DNA of 63,840 nt, filler included, from Octopus bimaculoides (GCF_001194135.2; 7 parts of 6 records of this genome joined end to end with filler, not necessarily neighbours in it); one strand, 5' to 3'. Shown: positions 24,179 through 36,949, counted from the whole stretch's first letter. The notes: a model not told the origin generated them from the sequence alone. Numbers and translations: made by a program.

Positions 24179-24779
24179 AACAATGTCAGTATTTTACTTG
24201 GTGTTACAATTTATTGTGTCATGTGATATCACCTTGCACAATGTTCCATTGCATAGGACATGTAACAATATCACCTGTACTTGCTTGTTTAGGAAAGAGA
24301 ACCAGAGCAAGTCATATGAATGAATAATGCCCACTATATGAGTAAATGTTGTAGGCGTATGTTGAAACATTTCTATTTTGTAATCTGATTTCACATAATA
24401 AGGCTTCCCAACCATGTGGTTAATAGGTGTATGTATGACTGTGAGCTTAAGAAGCTTACTTCACAATGACAAAGAATTGGAGCAAATAGTGAAACAATGT
24501 TCTGGTGAAGACATATATCTATGTAGGCATGGAAAAATGAACTGTAAGTGATGATACTGTTGATAATGGTGATGATTAGATATAGCTAATTCACAACATA
24601 GTGACATAAGATTTCTAGCTGTAGAATCACAGGAAGGTTACAGAGAAAGTAGGCTTTGTGTGTAGCAGATGTGCAAGAACAATAAACACATAAGATATAA
24701 ATTTTCTCAAATACTCAAAGGTATCCTTAGGGGTAATAAATACTTTCTATTACATAGGTTATACTTTCTGTAATGTAGG

Positions 24780-25290
24780 TGACCAAATTAGCAGGATGCA
24801 CTGAAAGCATAGTTGCTAGAATAAAAATTGGCTGACTAGAGTTCAGAAAGCTATTACCTTTGTTAGTAACAGATAGTATGATGCTTTTGTATGAACAGGT
24901 ATGCTACATGGTATTGAAACATGGGCTGTGCATGCAAAGGACATGAGAAGGCTTCAATGCAATGCAGCTAGCATGCTCTGCTAGATGTGCAATGGCACTG
25001 TGCATGTACAACAAAGTGTAAATGTGTTGATATAAAAATTGAGTATGAGTGGCATCAGATGTAGTGCACAACAGAGAAGACTGCACTGGTACGGTGCATA
25101 TGGATGAAAACAGCTGCTTAAAGAAGTACCAATCACTAAATGTGGAGGGCACCTCTAGAAGAGGAAGACCTAAAAAGATATTGGAAAGAGTGGTGAAAAA
25201 TGATCTTCAGATGTTGAGCCTAACAGAAATGATAAAGGTTTGATATGATTGGTGATCTACTGTGTTTGAGAAGATCCATCCAACTAAGCA
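24780..25290 (+). mobile_element. RTE-clade LINE 3' fragment
   Basis: Decayed EFRKLLPL..MLHGIETWAV..DMRRL..ASML..MCN...RRLHWYG..MDENSCLKK..SLNVEGTSRRGRPKK. Confidence 0.8.
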
Positions 25291-25859
25291 AAATTGAGGC
25301 CATTAAGCATGTTATGTCCATGCCCCATGCATACAATCTGCTCCTTATAAATCTCTCCTCCACAACCCATCTTCCTAATACCTCCTCCCTCTCTCCACCC
25401 ATGTTCATCACTTGTTGTATTCCCCTCCTCCTCTATCTCTTACTCTCTCTCACACCTACTTGCACACAATATGTCCCGGTTGAGTCTCTTCCTCATAACA
25501 TATCCTCCCAACACCCCCTCCCTCTACCTGTGTCTGCTCACTACAGTACCCCCTCCTCTCCATCTCTCACTCTCCTTTTGCAATCCTATGAATTAATCCA
25601 CCTTATCACCCTATCCAATCCTTGGTCCCACTTATATATACCTCCTTGTAACTTAAGTGTAGATCCCATCACATCTTCACCATCTCTCGCTCTCTGAGGT
25701 AGCCGTGTATCCTCTTCTACAAGACTCATTTCTCATCTTCTGTTCATACTCTAATTTTATATTACCTGACACAAAGCCTCCTACCTCAATACTACTACAG
25801 GAAATCTTTGGCAAAATGATGTTGTGAGCAGACTTTTCTGATCTTTAGTTGTGTATGTA

Positions 25860-26870
25860 TGAAGGATTGATTTGTGTATGCAGGATATCATTGAAATAGT
25901 AACCCATCTGCTGTTCAGTACTGTTAATATGTGGATTAATCTTGCTAATTAAGATGGCTTCTTTTCTCAAGTTCCCAGTGTTTCCTTCTGTAGTTTCAGT
26001 GCTAAACCTGGAAGTTTTCAGTGTAGAATTTCCATCAGTGCTTTTTGACAGAAGTTTTAGCACAGAGGTGTCCTTTAACACTTACTAAAGATTCCATGCA
26101 GTGCAATGGGTCTGAAACTGAAATCATGTATTTGGGAAGCAAACTTCTTAATCACACAGCTATACCCGTGTCAATGAAATTTTTTTTTTCAAATGCTTGT
26201 AAGGTACCCTAGAATTGGTTGATGCCTTATTTGATCTCTTATCTTACTGAGTGTTCTGAAAGTATTGTAACCCATGAATGTGTGTTTGTCCGATGGTACT
26301 TCTGATGTAGAATTCATTACATTTGCTACTTGTGATTTTATACACCATGTAAGACTGCAGACATATTTTAATCATTGATCAGACAATTGGGAAATGTACT
26401 TATGGCACTGTTTTGTCTTGATCTGCTTTTAGTTAGGACCCTCATCAAAGAGAGTCTGGAGTGTGCCAGTCATATATTCAGTTTCTCCCTATGGATCCAT
26501 GGCAGACTGTAGCAGTTTCTTTGCTAGAATATGGTATTTTCACCAAACACATTATTCCTGGATGTGTGAGTTTTGTGAGGTAGACTGGTGATGTCCTGGC
26601 ATTTGGTAAAAGAGTTTGGATAACCATTCTCCATTAGGACATTTTGGAATTGCATGCTATTGGTCCTTTTGTTTCCTACCTTTCTGCACTTTTTGCATAT
26701 TCTGTTAATCTTATTTCAAATCTAGGCCATCGTAGTTCTGATGGGTAAGAATGAATTACATTGCACAAATAGCCCCTGTATGCCATTTTTCTGTAAAATT
26801 TGTGGAGATGAATCCCTTGTATGTTCAAAATCAAGTCGAGAGAAGGAGCCAGTAATGCCTTCCCCTCCAA
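25860..26870 (-). mobile_element. Penelope-like element remnant (RT thumb to GIY-YIG), interrupted
   Basis: FYRK..RGYL...HSYP; MENGYP; MVYKITSSKCNEFYIRST (GIY-YIG); NLRKEAILISKINPHINS. Confidence 0.65.
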
Positions 26871-27094
26871 CTAATATTTACAGTTGACCATGTCACCACC
26901 TGTGTTCATCACTCACTGCATTTCCCATCTCTAATCATCTGTCACTCACCTCTCACTCTCCTGCAAACATACACACCTACCCATACCACTTACATTCACC
27001 TTAGAGTAAGGCCATTTCCCTCAATACTACTCCTCTCTTGATTGAAGCGTCTTCTCTTGAGTTACTTGGTGACTACACTAGAACCAGTGCCATG

Positions 27095-27520
27095 TATACT
27101 CTGTGAATTGGTTGGCATTACAAAGGGCATCCAGCATGCCAAAGCAGACATTGGTGCTTGGTGCAGTCCTCTGACCTGCCAGCTCCTGTTGAACCATCCA
27201 ACCAATGCTAGCATGAAAAATGAGCAGTAAATGATGATGTATCATCATTATCATTTTAATGTCCACTTTTCCATGCTAGCATGGATCAGATGGAATTCAT
27301 TGTGGCAGGTTTTCTATGTCTGGATGTCTATCGTGTCATCAACTTTCATTTGTTTCCCAGTAAAGTAGTTTTCCCATGGCCAGACATATTTTCACAGAAA
27401 ACTGGAAATGAATGACACCACATTAATGATAGTGAAGCTTACTTCTACCACATGATGTCAAAACAAGGGGATACAAATACACACATATTTACATACATAT
27501 ATAATGGGCTTTCAGTTTCT
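27095..27520. mobile_element. tail-to-tail pair of (ATG)n-tailed SINE 3' ends (family E)
   Basis: + copy ends CCAATGCTAGCATGAAAAATGAGCAGTAAATGATGATG. The - copy starts at 27241 with CATCATTATCATTTTAATGTCCACTTTTCCATGCTAGCATGG. Relatives at about 22945-23052, 45228-45345 and 47660-47790. Confidence 0.65.
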
Positions 27521-27909
27521 ATCTATCAAGTCCACTCAGAAGGCTGTAGTTGGTGTGGGGCTATATTAGTGGACACTTGATCAAGATGCCTTTTAGTTGG
27601 GAAGCAGACTTCTTAACCACACATTTATGCCTGTGAAATATTGTTTTCGAATGCTTGTAAGTTACCCTAGAATTGGTTGATCCTTTGTCTTATCTCATTG
27701 GATGTGGTTGTTTTGAAAGCATTGTAACAATGTAAGAATGGATTAAAAAATATCAGGAAATAATTATTGTTGTTAGCAACAAAATAATTCTCTTTTCATG
27801 TGTATGACATATATTACGATTTCAAAACTTGATTTCATGTATACTTTCCTTTATATTTAGTTTTAACCCAAATATTGATCTCATTTCTGAATTTCATTTG
27901 CTCTCTTAG

Positions 27910-28062
27910 CCACAGGCTTATCCTGATACAGATCTGATATATGATTTTGACCAGAAAGCTCCTCAACATTACAGTATACTAGTACAAACAGCTGCACATG
28001 TTGCTGGTGCTGCATATTATTATCAAAAGAAGGATGTGATAAATAATCCTTGGGGAGATGAG
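27910..28062 (+). CDS. MMACHC: MMACHC exon equivalent to human exon 3 (alternative in-frame acceptor would start at 27916)
   Basis: ctcttag|PQAYPDTDLIYDFDQKAPQHYSILVQTAAHVAGAAYYYQKKDVINNPWGDE|gtttgt; 153 nt; contains the diagnostic QTAAHVAGAAYYYQ. Confidence 0.93.
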
Positions 28063-28625
28063 GTTTGTTATTTCATGTTGCTTTTATCAAATTTATTGCT
28101 ATTGTGGTCTCATAGCTTGCAGCTGTTAACTCTACAAGATTAATAAAATAAATACCAGTAATAATCTAATGTCAATTTATTGATGATAATCAATTATAAA
28201 AGGAAATTTCCCTTTTACTCTGTGAAATTAAATGGGCATTTAAACTATTGTCAATATCATACATGTACTGATTTACTAATGTATATTATTTATCACTTTA
28301 TAAATCTTTATTGATGTTAGCTGAAATTTATATACTAGAAATTAGGTTTCGATTTTAGGATGATGAAAGTATTTAAAAATCCTTGCTGAAAAGTAAAATA
28401 TCCTGGGTTTTTATAATTACTGCATAGGAAACTCTGTTACAACACATTCATCCATACTATACAAATCCTTGTATTCTTTTTTACAGAAAACAAAACAAAA
28501 ACAAAACAAAAGGAAGATGAAGATAAATGATTAACAAATTCTTTTTCTATTTGTTCACTTTGATATTGTAATGTTTATTAGCAGACACAACCTGGAAAAA
28601 TTATTCATTTTCTTTACTATTTCAG

Positions 28626-28934
28626 AACATCTATGGACTTAGTATTCATCCAAAATATGGTGGCTGGTTTGCCATAAGAGCTGCTATTATCTTTAAAAAT
28701 CTCAAGTTTCCAGACTTAAAGAAGAAAGACCCAGTTGATATTTTACCAGATCAAAAGACTAGAATAAACCTGTTAACTATGTTAAATAAAGATTTTAAAT
28801 ATTGGGAAGCTCGAGACATAATAGAGGTGTCTGAAAAATATACAGAAGAAGCCATTAAATATTTCAAAACAATGCCCAAAAACAGGTACAAATTAATTGA
28901 AGAAATGCTGGCAAACAAGAATGACAATGCTTAA
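28626..28934 (+). CDS. MMACHC: MMACHC terminal coding exon
   Basis: tttcag|NIYGLSIHPKYGGWFAIRAAIIF..PDL....P.DILPDQKTRINLL..LN....WEARD.....EKYTEEAIKYF..MPKNRY...DNA*. Ungapped versus human, with R161, R206 and R230 equivalents kept. Confidence 0.95.
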   Translation, partial: NIYGLSIHPKYGGWFAIRAAIIFKNLKFPDLKKKDPVDILPDQKTRINLLTMLNKDFKYWEARDIIEVSEKYTEEAIKYFKTMPKNRYKLIEEMLANKNDNA

Positions 28935-29042
28935 ATGCTTCTGTGACTTATTATATATTCTAATGCAATAGCTTATTATACATGTATTCTATAACAGATT
29001 ATGTATTTACATTTTATAAATGGTATGGGGTATCGTACATGT

Positions 29043-29048
29043 AATAAA
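29043..29048 (+). promoter_or_regulatory. candidate MMACHC polyadenylation signal (second AATAAA at 29185-29190)
   Basis: AATAAA about 110 nt after the stop codon; AT-rich background makes this weak. Confidence 0.4.
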
Positions 29049-30923
29049 ATGCAACGTGTGTCTTTTCGGTCATGCTGGTAGAAAGAGGCTAAAAGAACAA
29101 AGGTAGTGAGACTGAGTGACAATCAGAAGTGCTAAATGAAGGAGTACTGTAGTAAAGTGTTTTCTTCTGAAATCTCTTAATGAAAATAAAATTGCAAATT
29201 TTTATCATAAATTGTATTTAGATTGTTGGTTTATCACACACATGCACACACATTCATATGTTTCCATGTGTAGTCACATGCATGGATGTATATAAATATG
29301 CATGTGCAACTTTGAGTATATATACATACACACATGCACATATATACACATACACGCATGCACATATACATAGACACATGCACATATATATATATATATA
29401 TATATATACAACAATTAGAAAATGGAGGATAATATGCTGAACCCAACTACTTGCAGATGGTGTATCCCATTGAATTCATAGCAAAAGTGACAAAAAAAGA
29501 AAGAAAGAACCAAAGCACAGGTGTCTATGTTATTTTGCCAACCTGGTTTACATATAGAAGTACAAAGTACATAAGGAATTAGAGGATGAACAGAAGTTTA
29601 ATCTTACAGCTGTTTCGGCCTAGTTTTAGCAAGCACCATTCTATCCGAATATTCCTTTCCGGAGTGATTATCGGATGACATTTTGAAATGGGGTTACATG
29701 CCCNNNNNNNNNNNNNNNNNNNNNNNNNNNNNNNNNNNNNNNNNNNNTTAATTAATTAANNNNNNNNNNNNNNNNNNNNNNNNNNNNNNNNNNNNNNNNN
29801 NNNTATATATATATATATGCATGTATGTGTTTTTGAGTGTACACACACACACACACACACACACTCATATACACATTCTCTCTCTATGTATGTATATACG
29901 TAGTATATGTATACAAGTACACATACACAAACATATATATATATATACACACACACTCACACACCCATCTCTTCCTTGCTCTCTCTCTCTACACGCACAC
30001 ACACACACACACACACGTATTTCATATTTGTATATATATACATAAATATATATGCATACATAATGCATACATACATACATACATACATACATACATACAT
30101 ACATACATACATACGTACACATATGCGCAGATACACGATTATGTGTACAAATAAACATTTATACATGCCAAAATGTTGAGAGCTCTTATCTATAAAATCT
30201 TTAAATCATATACAAACGTTGAAATCATGTATCGATACAAATTTGTTTGTTTATTTATGACACTTTTCTAGAACGATACGAGATAACAATTCTCTCAATA
30301 ACATTTTCATATAATAACAGCGCTTTATAACATTGACTACATATACTTGCATATTCATGAAGTTGGATCTCCTTCGAGACGGAAATTCTATGGTTTATAT
30401 AAAATGGAATATTTCATATAATGAATAATTTTGTCAACTGTCTACAAATGTTTACCGATTGACTAATGATAATATTTCTTTTAACATGAAACCTATTAGG
30501 TCTAAACTCCATTACTTTTTGGCGTCGAGCAATGTTATAACGCTATACGTATCCTTATATACACGTATGCATATATATATATATGTGTGTGTGTGTGTGA
30601 ACGCGCGCTCGCGTGTGTGTCTGCGTGTGATTATATGAATTAATACACACACTCACACATACATACACACACATATATATTTATCTCTTGGTAGATGGAA
30701 TAGATTTTTTGTTGATCCTACCAATAACGAAACATTACACTAAATATATAATTATGAATGCATAAAATGTCCACATATGTATATTTGCATGTATTACGCA
30801 TGTATTCTTTCACGCGTTTTAATTTAGACCGGCCTCCTGCTTTGTAGCAAGGTTGGGTTGGTCAGCACCTTGTTTTATTCATTATCCTTTGAATCTTAAG
30901 AAAACCTTGGAGAATTATTTATA

Positions 30924-31094
30924 GGTCCAGGCATGGCTGTGTGGTAAGAAGCTTGCTTCCCAAGCACATGGTTCTGGGTTCAGTCCCACTATGTGGCGCC
31001 TTGGGCAAGTGTCTTCTACTATAGCCTCGGGCCGACTAAATCTTCATGAGTGGATTTGGTAGACAGAAACTGAAAGAAGCCTGTCGTATATATT

Positions 31095-31164
<70 letters not shown>

Positions 31165-31378
31165 GTATGTGCGTGTTTGCCCCCATCACCGTTTGACAAC
31201 TGATGTGGGTTTGTTTGTGCCCCTGTAACTTAGCGGTTCAGCAAAAGATACTGATAGAATAAATACTAGATTTTAAAAATAAGTCCTGGGGTCGATTTGC
31301 ACGACTGAAATCCCTCAAGGCGGTGCTCCAGCATGGCCGCAGTCAAATGACTGAAACAAGTAAAATAGTAAAAGAATA
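30924..31378 (+). mobile_element. SINE family C, full length with central (TG)n
   Basis: Same head and tail as 9230-9601. Confidence 0.88.
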
Positions 31379-31399
31379 TCGTGATTATTTGTAGTATAT

Positions 31400-32060
31400 G
31401 AATTAAAGAGTTGCATTCCTTCTCGGCGAACCCAATTTCAGGACTAGTTAGGCTGGTACGTATCCTGTTGCTCGAATAATGGGACAACTTTGATCACATT
31501 GCTTCATGTCATTGGGATACATTAATCTCTACGGTCTTTTCCTTTAAATGAATTGAGACAAAGGTTTAGAATTGTCTTTGTCTCTCAATCTCAATGCATT
31601 AAGATACTGTTGGTATCGGTTCTTAAAGTTGTTTGTGTCGATACTCATATAGTTTTTTTTCCAGTGCCATCAGAGGAAGTTATAGTAGTCTGTATATCAC
31701 CGCTTTGAAGCGACACACTCCTTTAAGCAGGCAGGTTAAAGTGTTCAACTGTTATGTGTAGGACCGATCTGTTATGGCGTACGTTGTGGTATGTGTTTTG
31801 TTGTGATATGGGATTTCGGAAATAATGCTATCCAGGCAAGAATAGCTGGTCTTAATGTTATTAGTATTGAAGTGTTTGTTGTAGTTATGCGTAGGTTGGA
31901 AACGTTATCGTACATATTTACGTTACTGAATATGTTGACGGCTACATCCATTTTGTTAAGTGAATTGAACCAGATGAAGTTTTTCCTGGTTCTTTTGTTT
32001 GAGAAATTTTCCAATACGAGTTTCTTGCTAAAGCAGATTCTTGCAAGGCATAATAAAATA
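31400..32060 (-). mobile_element. Penelope-like element remnant with GIY-YIG endonuclease
   Basis: KRTRKNFIWFN..., then frameshifted VIY..TITSSDG..KNY..T..TFKNRYQQ...LSQFI. Confidence 0.75.
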
Positions 32061-33072
32061 CCCTGTTAAACCCCAATCCTTTTTGAAATTAAACAAGAAA
32101 GTCTTTAATTTATATATCTACGGAAATATTCCGAGAAATTAAAAAATTTTAACTATGTATATGGCTTCCTTAATTTACTTTCTTTAAGGTTAGTATTTGC
32201 TTAAACTGACATCTAATTTTGTGCCTAAAAAGTAACCTATTGTTGGAATGGCGTTCGTGATGATATTTAAATCAAATTACTTTAATATTCCAATCAAGTT
32301 CTCTCTAATATCTACCCATGGTGCAGTCGTTCAAGCTGTATGAAATAGCTAAGCTCTCATCTCGATACAGACCGGAGCTATTGGTGTACTGCACTTTTCT
32401 GAGGTTATCTAGTACCACGAACCCTACAAGATTAGTTACCTCTGTTCCGTTATCGAAAACATCGAACAGAAGTTCTTTTTAATCCACTAGGAATCGCTTT
32501 GATATAAAAGTGATTTCTTAGTGTTCATTATTTTCCTGGTATCAAGACCACTTCGGGTGAAGAATTTTTATCTAAATTCCGGAGATTTGAGAAGAGCTTA
32601 AAAGATAGATTAGCAGATGTCCGCGCTTCGGTTGGATGAATATATAAATGATTTATTTTCGATATCAAGGAGCCACGAAAATGTATGTGAAATCGGAAAC
32701 TTTCAAGCAATGCAGTTGGTTTGAAAGGGGAAAAAAACCAATGTAATGGATATAATGACGGACTTCAGTGTTTGCTCAAAGAAAGCGTTCTACGTCGTTC
32801 TGTTTGACAGGCTATTCTTATTATTTTAACAAAACTCGTAACTACTTTCAGTGTTGAGTTCCTTCAGTACTATAAGAAAAGTAAAAAAGACCTGTTTATG
32901 ATCAATGGTGCGAATAAATGCTTATCTGAACCCTGGATGGTGAATGTTCATCAAGCTTAAGTTTTTGAAAACCACGATGAATCCATTCAAAATGCGATTG
33001 ATAGATTTGGACAAGGGCTTAGACATTTGCAGGTTTTTTCTTTTTTTTTTCACATCAGATCTTCAGAAAGTA

Positions 33073-33304
33073 GGGCGGTGAGTTGGCAGAAACGTTAGCA
33101 CGCCGGGCGAAATGCTCAGCGGTATTTCGTCTGCCGCTACGTTCTGAGTTCAAATACCTCTGAGGTCGACTTTGCCTTTCATCCTTTTGAGGTCGATTAA
33201 ATAAGTACCAGTTACGCACTGGACTCGATGTAATCGACTTAATCCATTTGTCTGTCCTTGTTTGTCCCCTCTGTGTGTAGCCCCTTGTGGGCAATAAAGA
33301 AATA
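33073..33304 (+). mobile_element. full-length SINE A1 with 9-10-bp TSD
   Basis: TSD AGAAAGTAG(G) at 33065-33074 and 33305-33314. Confidence 0.9.
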
Positions 33305-34326
33305 AGAAAGTAGGAAGCAGACAACTGACATAAATATTGTTTTTCCCTTTAACATCTTTCTATGTTTATATCGTAATGTTTAAATATACTCACAAGAACC
33401 TACAATAATTTCCTACCACGGAAATCTTATGGCGGATTCTGTCAATGAATATTATTTTTACCATAAATTATATAATAAAACTATTTTAATTTATACTTTA
33501 GAATTAATAAGATGCTGATATGTCATCATCTTTTCATAAATCATTCAATATACTTTACATGTTTCTTCTTTTCAATCCAAAGTTTTCAAGTTACGACCCA
33601 AGTATATAAATATCAGTATATCCTGATCATAAGTTAGTATGAAAATTGCATTTAAATTGAAACTGGGACTATACTCTATTTGAAACTCTAAAATTAATTT
33701 CAAATCTTCTTGTGGCTTGATAAATTGACAAATAAAAATAAGAAGTGAAAGAGAACCAGTGTGTGCCTTTATTATTAGCATAATGATTCTCCCGGGCGAC
33801 AACAAAATTATGTTATTGTTTAATTGAATTATATTCAAAACCAAGAGTATTAATTATAGTCAATGTATAGGCCACTGCTTGATGTATTGTATTGTTTTAT
33901 GTTTTATATACAGTCTCATGATACTGAACACAATAATTTGTTAATATTCTAACAATATTATAACACCGCTCTATGTAACCTTAAATACATTACGGTTAAT
34001 TGTGACACATTAAACCTAATTTAACTCATATTTAACGGTTGGGAGAAAATCATAATTGCAATTGAAATTTTCAGAAAAGCTAAGGTTTATAAATGACATT
34101 CATAACAACGGCAGCATTATACGTAATGTCACGCCCGGCTCTAAGTATGAGATTAACTGCAGTGTACGTTAATTTAGATGTATTTTTAATTACTGTTATA
34201 TCCGCCTGTAACTGATATTCTCGATGTAGTTTAAATATGCTGTGAGTATGCTTTAAATGGTTTCTTATATATGAGTCGTGATTGTCATTAAGGTTGTGTT
34301 TACCAAACAAGTATACAATTATATAT

Positions 34327-34367
<41 letters not shown>

Positions 34368-35399
34368 NNNNNNNNNNNNNNNNNNNNNNNNNNNNNNNNN
34401 NNNNNNNNNNNNNNNNNNNNNNNNNNNNNNNNNNNNNNNNNNNNNNNNNNNNNNNNNNNNNNNNNNNNNNNNNNNNNNNNNNNNNNNNNNNNNNNNNNNN
34501 NNNNNNNNNNNNNNNNNNNNNNNNNNNNNNNNNNNNNNNNNNNNNNNNNNNNNNNNNNNNNNNNNNNNNNNNNNNNNNNNNNNNNNNNNNNNNNNNNNNN
34601 NNNNNNNNNNNNNNNNNNNNNNNNNNNNNNNNNNNNNNNNNNNNNNNNNNNNNNNNNNNNNNNNNNNNNNNNNNNNNNNNNNNNNNNNNNNNNNNNNNNN
34701 NNNNNNNNNNNNNNNNNNNNNNNNNNNNNNNNNNNNNNNNNNNNNNNNNNNNNNNNNNNNNNNNNNNNNNNNNNNNNNNNNNNNNNNNNNNNNNNNNNNN
34801 NNNNNNNNNNNNNNNNNNNNNNNNNNNNNNNNNNNNNNNNNNNNNNNNNNNNNNNNNNNNNNNNNNNNNNNNNNNNNNNNNNNNNNNNNNNNNNNNNNNN
34901 NNNNNNNNNNNNNNNNNNNNNNNNNNNNNNNNNNNNNNNNNNNNNNNNNNNNNNNNNNNNNNNNNNNNNNNNNNNNNNNNNNNNNNNNNNNNNNNNNNNN
35001 NNNNNNNNNNNNNNNNNNNNNNNNNNNNNNNNNNNNNNNNNNNNNNNNNNNNNNNNNNNNNNNNNNNNNNNNNNNNNNNNNNNNNNNNNNNNNNNNNNNN
35101 NNNNNNNNNNNNNNNNNNNNNNNNNNNNNNNNNNNNNNNNNNNNNNNNNNNNNNNNNNNNNNNNNNNNNNNNNNNNNNNNNNNNNNNNNNNNNNNNNNNN
35201 NNNNNNNNNNNNNNNNNNNNNNNNNNNNNNNNNNNNNNNNNNNNNNNNNNNNNNNNNNNNNNNNNNNNNNNNNNNNNNNNNNNNNNNNNNNNNNNNNNNN
35301 NNNNNNNNNNNNNNNNNNNNNNNNNNNNNNNNNNNNNNNNNNNNNNNTGACGAAGCAAAAGAATGAATGAAGATTACGAACTGAGAAGCAGAGGAAGTG

Positions 35400-36560
35400 T
35401 TTCCAGTCTCTTTCTTCCGGTGAGCTAGCTGCCTCAAGCAAACAGGTCATAAACAGGAGTTACTTAGTCGAGAAAAAGTCTGCCTGACAGAGCTGCGTGA
35501 CAAGGGGATGTACGTCTATGCCGTAATCCCTTATCGAACAGCGAAGAAAAAATAAAATATTCTTACTTCTGCATCTAGAAAGACCTGAGGGTTTTTTTTT
35601 TCTCATTTCCCCTAAATAGCAACTGTATGCAACTCTGACCGGCGGCACCATATGCATAATATCTTAAATGGGAGACGAGTTAATAAAAACAAGCCGACCC
35701 GATGCACTACAGTCTGCTCCAATAGTTATGCCACAATACTTGAGGTAGCGCAACATGTTGCTTACAGTAAAGTATATTGATGACGTCATTGACTCCTGAT
35801 TCGTCATTACTTCTGTGATGCAGTACGGGCAGTTGAAGTAAACAAAAACAATATATTGTTTTAATGACCCCAAAAGACGATAGAGTACTTTCTGAATTGT
35901 GTCTCACCGTGGGTGCAGAAAGAAAAGGCATGAAACAGATGGTGCAAGGTTGTTACACTTGTGTAAGACCCCTTGAAGGGTTTCCGATCTTCAAGAACAA
36001 GAAAAATTCTGGGAATGTTAACAAGAGGATCCGCAACAATAATAGAAGACCCCTAATGAACAGTCGTTGCTCCAGCAACTTCTCTCGTCGCAGCTTCAGA
36101 AATGATGGAAACGATCGCTTAATTCGTAGTTGCAGAAGCTGGTGTCACCTAAGTTTCTCTTTCCATTAATATTACTTATCTTTTTTGCAGTATTGACAGT
36201 AAATGGAGTACTGGAAGAAGACATTCGGCCACTGGAGTTCCTCGCCTTCGCGTAGTCATTCAATTTCACAATGGTAGTAGGGGGCAACTACGAACTGCTT
36301 AATGTTCAGTCTGAAGGAAAATAGCCCAACAAATATGCTGACAGAGCGTGACGTGAGACACGAATAACAGAAGCATTCGTGAGACGGGGTCTTACCAAAG
36401 ACCACACTAGGGAGACATCAAATGTTTAAAAGACAATTCCTTAGAGTATGACGGGATCATTATGGCTCAACTCAGCCGAAAAATGTTTACGGGTGCATTT
36501 GGAAGCTCAATAATTTGAAGAGTATCATTATTTTAATTTCCTACCACTATTCCTAAAAAG
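35400..36560 (+). mobile_element. possible highly decayed retroelement pol-like sequence (BEL/Pao-like?)
   Basis: GC-richer island; one frame gives VKYIDDVIDS (YxDD-like) and another KILGML, amid many stops. Weak. Confidence 0.2.
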
Positions 36561-36949
36561 TTACACCGAACCAACTTCCTTTTAAACACCTCACAGAAAC
36601 TCCGCCATCGTACTTGTGTTTCAGGTCAGACAAATGGTAAAGTTCAACCATTTCTATACTGACGACACTTGTCCGAAAAGAACTTTACCTCCGGCACAAA
36701 AGAATTACCAAAACCATATTCCTACGCTTACCCTTCCACGCCCTTCACTACTCATATAAAGAATTACTATTATTTCTCAAGGTTATCAGAATCCATCACC
36801 AACTTAAAGATGTTTATCCACACCATAAACCATTATGACAAAACAAGAAATGCCTTTTTGTATTACACAAAATTATGCAATGTTATTCACACATCTAACG
36901 AATCGTTGACCACAACAAACAAACCATTTATTTGACACTGATACATTAA

